64,000 nt of DNA from Flavobacteriales bacterium UBA952 (GTDB lineage Bacteria > Bacteroidota > Bacteroidia > Flavobacteriales_D > Crocinitomicaceae): assembly GCA_002293185.1 (NCBI GenBank), contig DBCS01000002.1, positions 152,645 through 216,644 on the forward strand, read 5' to 3'. Under the pieces are notes generated by a model. It did no database searches. It was given only the letters and a program-made list of their open reading frames with translations, and was not told the DNA's origin. A program made the position numbers and the translations under genes. Below are positions 57,665 through 64,000 of this stretch, one piece after another (the first letter of the stretch is position 1; the number at the start of each line of letters is the position of its first letter).

Positions 57665-58681
57665 ATGCAAGGTTCAACGCGTTTTATTCGGTTTCAGTGG
57701 GTGGTTTTGGTCCTCATTTTTTTGGTGGTTTTTGCTGGAAGTTTTGTGCGTATTTCAGGAAGCGGTATGGGTTGTCCTGATTGGCCAAAATGCTTCGGAA
57801 AATGGGTTCCGCCAACTGAACTTTCCGAATTACCTGCAGACTACCGAGAAGCTTATTTACTGAAGCGTCAAAAAAAAGTCGAAAAGTTCTGTTCTTTTTT
57901 GAATCGAATTGGTATGGATGCAACCGCCCATAAAATTCAAAACGACCCAACAGTATATATTGAAGAGGCTTTCAATGCACGCAAAACCTGGATTGAATAC
58001 ATCAATCGCTTAGCTGGTTTTTTGGCTGGTAATGCCATGCTGCTGAGTTTTGGTTGGTTGTTGCTTTATTATCGCAAACGCAAGTGGCTCCTTTTAGCTG
58101 GGCTTAATCTTGTCTTAATGGGTATTGAAGCTTGGTTTGGATCCATAGTAGTAGCGACTAATTTGGTGCCCTGGACCATCACTATTCACCTCTTTTTGGC
58201 CTTGGTGATCATCGGCATCCAGTTGTATTTACTCCATAACGTACAAAACAAAAAACGTCAAGACCTCCCAAAAGAAAAATCTTTTCAGTGGCTGAGCTGG
58301 CTTATTTTGGTTATTACTTTCTATCAAATGTTTTTGGGTACCCAAGTCAGAGAATCGATAGACGCTTTAGTCAAGAAAGGCTATACCAGAGCAGAATGGA
58401 TAGAACAACTCGGGCTACCGTTTTTTATTCATAGAAGTTTCAGTTGGTTGGTTCTGATTTTACTTGTTTATTTATTTTGGCAAAACCGCAAAAAGTGGCA
58501 TTATGCGCGTATCAATGTGGCATTTTATTTATTGGCTTCCGAGCTCATCACAGGCGTAGCACTGGCCTACGCAGACATGCCTGGTCTGGTCCAAACGGCC
58601 CACTTGGTCTTTGCAAGTATTCTACTCGCCGTTTTGCTTTTAATGCGTTACGATCAAGCACAGCAAATCAAACGTATTTAA
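57665..58681 (+). CDS. ctaA: COX15/CtaA family heme A synthase
   Basis: Polytopic membrane protein with GSGMGCPDWPKCFG near the N-terminus. 338 aa. Confidence 0.85.
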   Translation: MQGSTRFIRFQWVVLVLIFLVVFAGSFVRISGSGMGCPDWPKCFGKWVPPTELSELPADYREAYLLKRQKKVEKFCSFLNRIGMDATAHKIQNDPTVYIEEAFNARKTWIEYINRLAGFLAGNAMLLSFGWLLLYYRKRKWLLLAGLNLVLMGIEAWFGSIVVATNLVPWTITIHLFLALVIIGIQLYLLHNVQNKKRQDLPKEKSFQWLSWLILVITFYQMFLGTQVRESIDALVKKGYTRAEWIEQLGLPFFIHRSFSWLVLILLVYLFWQNRKKWHYARINVAFYLLASELITGVALAYADMPGLVQTAHLVFASILLAVLLLMRYDQAQQIKRI

Positions 58682-58736
58682 AGTTTCGCTACACCTTCAC
58701 CTCGGTTTTTACGTTACTTTAGTTTGTGTTTTTATC

Positions 58737-59303
58737 ATGATGAGTCAAGAACCCCAAACAGAACTCCTTCAAGCCGCCACTTCTGGCGATCGCAGGGCCC
58801 AACTGGCGCTTTACCAGTTGTGTTATCCGGTTCTGATCAGCACTGCTCGTCGCTATTACCATAATTCAGATGAGCAAATGACCGTCGTTAACAACGCATT
58901 TGTGAAGGTCATTCAGTACCTAGGTCAATACGAGACGGGTAGATTTTTAAGTTGGGTAAAGCGCATCATTTCAAATGAAATCATCGACGAATACCGCCGC
59001 AACAAGCGCTACCACGAGCTCTATAAGTTCGATGCGCCAGTTGAGGAAAGAGGAAGCACAGATTTTCAGACCGATGCCATTTTTACAGAGGAGCAATTGC
59101 AGCAAATGCTTCTCTGTTTGTCTGAATCTGCGCGTTTGGTTTTTAACCTTTTTGCCATTGAAGGCTTCAGCCACAAAGAAATTGCCAATATGTTGGGCGT
59201 TACGGAAGAAACATCCAAGTGGCACACCAAAATGGCCAGAAAAAAATTAAAAGAACTCATTATCATACACTATGAAAAAACAGGAAGAAAATTCGTTGGA
59301 TAA
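58737..59303 (+). CDS. ECF-type RNA polymerase sigma-70 family factor
   Basis: Region 2 (FVKVIQYLGQYE..SWVKRIISNEIIDEYRR) and region 4 (ARLVFNLFAIEGFSHKEIANMLGVTEETSKWHTKMARKKL). Confidence 0.8.
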   Translation: MMSQEPQTELLQAATSGDRRAQLALYQLCYPVLISTARRYYHNSDEQMTVVNNAFVKVIQYLGQYETGRFLSWVKRIISNEIIDEYRRNKRYHELYKFDAPVEERGSTDFQTDAIFTEEQLQQMLLCLSESARLVFNLFAIEGFSHKEIANMLGVTEETSKWHTKMARKKLKELIIIHYEKTGRKFVG

Positions 59304-60510
59304 ACTTTTTGCATCCTTAGCCGAACCTTCGGCTCAAACGCCTTCTGCAGCCTATCTGCAAGACCTTGAGGCGCGCCTAAACGCGCTTGGTCAAAAACGT
59401 CGTAAACTACTCGGAATGTGGTGGTTTTGGTCGGTGTTTGGTGCCATCCTCAGCATTGGGCTATTCGCTTACTGGCAAAGTGAAGCCAGTACTTCTACAG
59501 CCTCAAAATCTCAAAAAGTGGAGCAAAAAACACAACGCTTTTTGGATGCAAAAAACGCTAAAGTTGCAACCTTCCATTTGAACTCCTCTAAACTCAATTC
59601 CTCCAGATCATTACACAACTCTAATCTTACTTCTTCTCCAGCTCATCCTGATATTTCATTTTCAATAGCGCCCTTTCATATTTCGCTTTTGCCAGCAAAA
59701 GCTGCTCCAATTGCTGATTTCTATTCAATGGAGGCTGCGTCAATAGACATTTCAGTTCTTTCTGATACCACTTCCAGCGTAGCAATTGAAATAACCGATG
59801 ATCAAGTAGTTTTAGAAACGAAAACCATCGCAATCGATACCAATGGTCTTACTAAAGCCAATTTGGAACGCACCGCAATAATGCCACCTCACACGCAAAA
59901 AAGATTCACACATGCGATTGGCTTGCAATTTGGAGTAAGTGGTATTTTCTCTAGTTTTGAGGTGCCCAGTACTTTGACTACTATTCCAGAGCCTTTAACG
60001 CCTAAAGAATTTCGTGAATGGCGCGAACTCGGCGAGCGGCAAACCTCTAGCTGGGATTTCAATCTTCGTTATCAACTATTTTTTGGTAAATGGGCTTTGC
60101 AAACGGGCCTAAATTACCTAGAGTGGGGAGAGCAATATACTTATGAGGTGATATCTGTCGAAGGTACCAACCGTTATCAGTATATTCAAATTCCGCTGGG
60201 GCTGAGTTACCAAATTCCAATGCGTCAAATATTGTTTCGTCCTACCGTAGGACTTGCGATGGGTTATGGTATCAAACGAGATGGGGCATATATTTTGCCA
60301 AATAACAATGGAGTTGCAGTTGTTGAAGCAAAGAAGTGGGCTGCTAATGCCTACGCGCAATTCGAATTGGTTTATCAAGCCAATAAGCAATTACAATTTT
60401 CAATCGCACCGGTTTTACGCTATTCGCTGGGTAAAGTCGTTGATCATGACGATATAATGAACCGTTATCAGTCCGTTGGTTTGCTAACAGGCTTTTCATT
60501 TGCCTTCTAG
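59272..60510 (+). CDS. putative anti-sigma-like single-pass membrane protein fused to an outer-membrane beta-barrel-like domain
   Basis: Overlaps the sigma gene by 32 nt. After ~45 N-terminal residues comes a TM helix (WWFWSVFGAILSIGLFAYW), then an S-rich linker. The C-terminal ~210 aa show alternating-hydrophobic beta strands and end in the OMP-style terminus GLLTGFSFAF. Confidence 0.6.
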   Translation: MKKQEENSLDKLFASLAEPSAQTPSAAYLQDLEARLNALGQKRRKLLGMWWFWSVFGAILSIGLFAYWQSEASTSTASKSQKVEQKTQRFLDAKNAKVATFHLNSSKLNSSRSLHNSNLTSSPAHPDISFSIAPFHISLLPAKAAPIADFYSMEAASIDISVLSDTTSSVAIEITDDQVVLETKTIAIDTNGLTKANLERTAIMPPHTQKRFTHAIGLQFGVSGIFSSFEVPSTLTTIPEPLTPKEFREWRELGERQTSSWDFNLRYQLFFGKWALQTGLNYLEWGEQYTYEVISVEGTNRYQYIQIPLGLSYQIPMRQILFRPTVGLAMGYGIKRDGAYILPNNNGVAVVEAKKWAANAYAQFELVYQANKQLQFSIAPVLRYSLGKVVDHDDIMNRYQSVGLLTGFSFAF

Positions 60511-60535
60511 AAATCAGCTTCTTGGTGGCATTAAA

Positions 60536-60562
60536 AACTTAGTGTATAAAGTACACTAAGTT
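60536..60562. repeat. perfect 11-bp inverted repeat (hairpin) downstream of the barrel gene
   Basis: AACTTAGTGTA-taaag-TACACTAAGTT, 26 nt after the stop at 60510. There is no T-run on the plus strand. Confidence 0.5.
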
Positions 60563-60598
60563 GAAAATTCTGTTAACTTTACCTGTAAATCCAATCCT

Positions 60599-61663
60599 AT
60601 GAGCGCAAAAATTTTAGGTGTAGGTAGCTGCTTACCTTCGCTTCGCATGACCAACGAAGACTTCATTGCTCACCGTTTTTATAAGGATATCGATCAGCCT
60701 TTTGAAGACAGTAATGAGACCATCATTGAGAAATTCAAGGAAATTACAGGTATTCAAGAACGCAGGTATGCCCATAAAGAACAGACGAATTCAGATTTAG
60801 GAATCATCGCTGCCCAAAATGCGATAGCCGCAGCGGGTATAGACCCCGAGGACCTAGATTACATTATTTTTGCCCATAACTTTGGAGACGTTCGCTTTGC
60901 GTCTAATCATTTAGACATGTTGCCCGCCTTGGCTTCGCGTGTGAAGCACGCTCTTGGCATTGCCAACCCCAATTGTGTGGCCTACGACATGCTCTTCGGT
61001 TGTCCTGGCTGGATAGAAGCGCTTATTCAGGCCAATCTATATATCAAAGCAGGCGCTGCAACCAATTGTTTGGTCATTGGTGCCGAAACCCTGAGTAGAG
61101 TAGTAGACCCCCATGATCGAGATTCCATGATTTTTGCCGACGGCGCAGGCGCCTGTATTCTGAGCGCAAATAATGACACTGATGCCAGCGGCATTCTGGC
61201 GCATTCGACCCAAACCTTTACCAAAGACGAAGCATTTTTTCTTAACAATGGGCCTTCTCTAAACTCAAAGCATCATATTCACGAGAAGTACATCAAAATG
61301 CAGGGCCGTAAAATTTATGAATTTGCTTTAACCAAGGTTCCTGCTGCCATGAAAATCGCTTTAGATAAAAGCGGCATTGACATCACAGAAGTAAAGAAAA
61401 TTTTTATACACCAAGCCAATGAAAAAATGGATGAAGCCATCATTGACCGCTTTTACCGTTTGTTCAAGGCCCAGCGCCCTGAGGGAATTATGCCCATGAA
61501 TATTCAGTTCAATGGCAATAGTTCGGTGGCAACAGTTCCTACTTTACTAGATGCAGTAGTTAGGGGTGAATATCCTGAGCACGAACTTCATAAAGGCGAC
61601 ATCATCATCTTGGCTTCAGTAGGTGCAGGGATGAATATCAATGCGGTGGTGTACCGCTGGTAA
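60599..61663 (+). CDS. beta-ketoacyl-ACP synthase III family protein
   Basis: Thiolase fold with active-site Cys in FGCPGW, His in IHQAN and Asn in NGNSS. 354 aa. Confidence 0.85.
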   Translation: MSAKILGVGSCLPSLRMTNEDFIAHRFYKDIDQPFEDSNETIIEKFKEITGIQERRYAHKEQTNSDLGIIAAQNAIAAAGIDPEDLDYIIFAHNFGDVRFASNHLDMLPALASRVKHALGIANPNCVAYDMLFGCPGWIEALIQANLYIKAGAATNCLVIGAETLSRVVDPHDRDSMIFADGAGACILSANNDTDASGILAHSTQTFTKDEAFFLNNGPSLNSKHHIHEKYIKMQGRKIYEFALTKVPAAMKIALDKSGIDITEVKKIFIHQANEKMDEAIIDRFYRLFKAQRPEGIMPMNIQFNGNSSVATVPTLLDAVVRGEYPEHELHKGDIIILASVGAGMNINAVVYRW

Positions 61664-61671
61664 TTCAACTT

Positions 61672-62157
61672 TTATTGATGTAAATGCAGAATAATTGGGG
61701 CTAAATCCGCAAAGCGCTCCATGAGCTCTGCTTTATCATAAAGCTGAAAATCATTAAAATCAAACCCAGGCGCTACCATACACGACGTTAGCGAATACGA
61801 ATGAGTATCGAGTACCTCTGCACCAAAAATAGTTTGAGCTGGGATGCAAACTTGTGGTTGTTGCCCATTTGCTACATCCAATCCTAAGGTGGCCGTGTGC
61901 AACTTCCCTTCTTGGTTGATCATATGGATCAATAGGGGAGAGCCAGCTTGGTAAATCCAAATTTCGTCGGACGCAATTTTGTGAAACTTAGAGTAGTTTC
62001 CGGAAGGCAGCAGAAAATAAATAAGTGTGGCTAAAGACCTCGATTGACCATCTAGAGTAGTATATTGAGCTTCACTGCGGTAGGTTTCTTTGAAATAACC
62101 GCCTTCGATATGTGGAGTGAGTTCGAGGCTAGCGATAAGTTGTTGCATTGTTTTCAT
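61672..62157 (-). CDS. cupin-fold protein (DUF985-like)
   Basis: 161 aa with N-terminal LTPHIEGGYFKETYRS, characteristic of the DUF985 cupin family. Confidence 0.8.
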   Translation of the reverse strand: MKTMQQLIASLELTPHIEGGYFKETYRSEAQYTTLDGQSRSLATLIYFLLPSGNYSKFHKIASDEIWIYQAGSPLLIHMINQEGKLHTATLGLDVANGQQPQVCIPAQTIFGAEVLDTHSYSLTSCMVAPGFDFNDFQLYDKAELMERFADLAPIILHLHQ

Positions 62158-62161
62158 TGTG

Positions 62162-62169
62162 TAAAAATA
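62162..62169 (-). promoter_or_regulatory. candidate -7-like box TATTTTTA abutting the cupin gene start
   Basis: One mismatch to TAnnTTTG. A 4-nt spacer (caca) separates it from ATG 62157. Confidence 0.25.
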
Positions 62170-62247
62170 GAATTTGTTAGATTAGTAGGTGCTAAACAAT
62201 TGATAATCTGAATCGTTACAATAAAGGAATAGCTAAAACCATCTATT

Positions 62248-63543
62248 ATGAGTCAACTTAAAACGCTTTTTCTCGGAACCATATGCACCTTGCAATTTAT
62301 TGTAAATGCACAAAATAATATACTCTACGGGCTCATTCGTACCAACCCAGCATCTGGGATTTTTCTCGGATCAATGGATGTTACAACGGGTCAAATCACG
62401 CAAATATCTCCAAGCAGTGTCGTGCCTACCTACGTCTGGAGCGGAGCTGCACTTGATTTAAATACAGGAAAATATATTTTTAGTGGCGCAGCAAATACAA
62501 TAGCCACTGTCAGTTTAATGGACGGTCAACTCGTGAGTCAGCCCCCAATCAATAATCCAAATAACGGCGGTTATTTTGAGAATTTCCGTTTCAATACCAG
62601 TGACTCCACCTTGTATGGCCTGGCCAGAAAACAATTGCAAGGTATGCCCCCAGGGATCAGCAGTGTAGCTGTTTATTTGGCTTCAATTAACCCTACAAGC
62701 GGCGCTGTAACTGAAATTTCACCTCAGGTAATTGGTCAATCCTATGCTGGCCAGAGCAGTGCCATTGACCCCCATCAAATGGTATATTATTATACGGCAA
62801 TGAATGCCAATCCAAATGCCCAACTTTTTACGGGTCTTGATCTATACAATGGTCAGGTGTTCAGTGCGCAGCCATTTAGTTTTCCTGAAGGCGGTAATAT
62901 TTTTGACAACTACACCTACAACTGTGCAGATACAACCATTTATGGCATTATTCGCATCACCACTACGCAACCGCAAACCTATTATTTTGGCAAAATTGAT
63001 CCACAAACTGGGGTTGTTACAAGAGTTTCTAATCAACCGTTGCCTTTTTCGGTTTATGTCGGGAATGGAAGCGCTACCATAGATCCGGATGCTGGGGTTT
63101 ATTATTTTGAAACAAATTTACCACAAGGAGGATATGCCATGACTGGTTTGTCTATTGCAACCGGAGCCGTGGTTTGCCAGTTTCCTTTACCAGTTAATAA
63201 TGGCGTCTTTACCTATTTTGACATGTTACGCCATCCATCTGATTGTATGGGTGCAGCAGCTTACCGTCCAGACACAAACGGTGGAGGCGGTTCTGCAAGT
63301 ATTGAAAATTTAGATCCTAATGGAAGTAAAGTTTATCCGAATCCATTCACGGACTTTTTGACCATTGAGGCAAGTGCTCAAATAAACAAACTCATAATGA
63401 CTGATCTTCAAGGAAAAGTAATTTTCGAAATGGCACCGCTCCAAAACCATCTTGACCTCGATTTGAATGAACTTTCTAATGGTATTTATATGGTGGAAAT
63501 TCATACCGCGAATGGAACGGAGTTGCTTAACGTGGTAAAGTAA
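62248..63543 (+). CDS. secreted repeat protein with T9SS type-A C-terminal sorting domain
   Basis: Has a signal peptide and three ~100-aa internal modules, each with an (L/I)YG(L/I).R string and an A(L/I)D(L/P) string. C-terminal domain VYPNPFTDFLTIEA..GIYMVEIHTANG..LNVVK. Confidence 0.7.
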   Translation: MSQLKTLFLGTICTLQFIVNAQNNILYGLIRTNPASGIFLGSMDVTTGQITQISPSSVVPTYVWSGAALDLNTGKYIFSGAANTIATVSLMDGQLVSQPPINNPNNGGYFENFRFNTSDSTLYGLARKQLQGMPPGISSVAVYLASINPTSGAVTEISPQVIGQSYAGQSSAIDPHQMVYYYTAMNANPNAQLFTGLDLYNGQVFSAQPFSFPEGGNIFDNYTYNCADTTIYGIIRITTTQPQTYYFGKIDPQTGVVTRVSNQPLPFSVYVGNGSATIDPDAGVYYFETNLPQGGYAMTGLSIATGAVVCQFPLPVNNGVFTYFDMLRHPSDCMGAAAYRPDTNGGGGSASIENLDPNGSKVYPNPFTDFLTIEASAQINKLIMTDLQGKVIFEMAPLQNHLDLDLNELSNGIYMVEIHTANGTELLNVVK

Positions 63544-63618
63544 ATCACTTTCAATCATTTGTAAATCAATAAGTCCTTCGCGAAATCGATATTTTTAAAA
63601 AAAAATTAAAGCCTCGAC

Positions 63619-64000
63619 TATGAAACAACTCTTATGCATGCTAACCTTTGCCGGTTTATTTTTTTTACCTGCGCAAGCCCAAGTTTTGTATGGCTTACTT
63701 CGCACGTCAAATCCTGCAGGCGTTAAATTAGGAACACTAGACCTTCTGAGTGGGAGTTTTACCGCATTAGGCAATAATGCGATTACTTCTAACGTAAATA
63801 TTACCGGTGCAGCCCTCGATTTAAATACCAATAGCTATTATTTTCTAACGCAAGGTGGCACCAACGGTATCGCCATGACAGTTGGAATCAATGATGGCGC
63901 TGTAAATAATCAAGTGCCACTTTTCAATCCAATTGCACCAAGTTCGTTCAATAATTTTCGTTTAAATACCTCAGATTCAACACTCTATGGTTTGGCGGGC
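63619..64000 (+). CDS. paralogue of the preceding repeat protein (N-terminal 127 codons; runs off the window)
   Basis: Own translation: MKQLLCMLTFAGLFFLPAQAQVLYGLLRTSNPAGVKLGTLDL..GAALDLNTNSYYF..FNNFRLNTSDSTLYGLA. It aligns with residues ~22-125 of the 62248..63543 product. Confidence 0.65.

Noticed and set aside
57588-57677. 30-codon N-terminal extension of purB in the ORF track (MNLACSKITTNQYSVFLFLALIVSLCFRYD), which resembles a signal or TM segment.
   Set aside because: Adenylosuccinate lyase is cytoplasmic, and homologues start at MEFNALTAISPIDGRY. The extension would also run through the divergent ctaA start and both candidate -7 boxes.
1-64000. A scan of the whole window for CRISPR-like spaced repeats, tRNA/rRNA genes, IS ends, integrase or transposase genes, toxin-antitoxin pairs and defence-island content.
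   Set aside because: Coding density leaves no gap longer than ~146 bp. No ORF resembles a recombinase, transposase, nuclease-helicase defence module or phage protein. I saw no repeated spacer-like periodicity, although a by-eye scan cannot exclude short dispersed repeats.

Overview
This window looks like a gene-dense core-chromosome segment of a Bacteroidota bacterium. The largest non-coding gap is about 146 bp. The phylum call rests on four things visible in the sequence: an lpxC-fabZ fusion gene, T9SS type-A and type-B-like C-terminal sorting domains, no Shine-Dalgarno sequences, and TAnnTTTG -7 promoter boxes. I call 58 protein-coding genes, the first and last truncated by the window edges. 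Most are housekeeping. Lipid A: lpxH, lpxK, lpxD, lpxC/fabZ, lpxA. DNA repair: ung, uvrA, mutL, recQ. Purine metabolism: purT, purB, a purine nucleoside phosphorylase. Translation and RNA modification: gatB, tsaE, rlmD, queE. Cell wall: dacB, ddl. Cofactor, redox and central metabolism: hemE, ctaA, lipA, an Nfu/NifU scaffold, trxA, mdh, ald. The rest are secreted peptidases, OmpA-family proteins and T9SS cargo proteins. Genes sit in long same-strand runs joined by ATGA or TAATG stop/start overlaps. I found three clear Rho-independent terminators and about 15 candidate -7 promoter boxes. I found no rRNA, tRNA, CRISPR array, IS or transposase, integrase, phage gene or recognisable defence gene. 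I do not see a convincing self-contained novel system here, and the window is best treated as an ordinary core region with some curiosities. The ones most worth a second look are: (1) two ECF sigma factors, each coupled to a single-pass membrane partner whose C-terminus is an outer-membrane or secretion module (a T9SS type-B-like domain in one, an OM beta-barrel in the other); (2) the -7 box sitting a fixed 4-5 nt from the ATG of many first-in-unit genes, which implies leaderless mRNAs; (3) a VTC-domain plus DUF4956 pair at the head of an operon; (4) a translationally coupled mutL, rhomboid, rhomboid, EEP phosphoesterase, glutamine amidotransferase chain; (5) a DUF4301 protein that keeps UDP-sugar pyrophosphorylase-type motifs. 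All family assignments come from motif recognition by eye. No database search was run.
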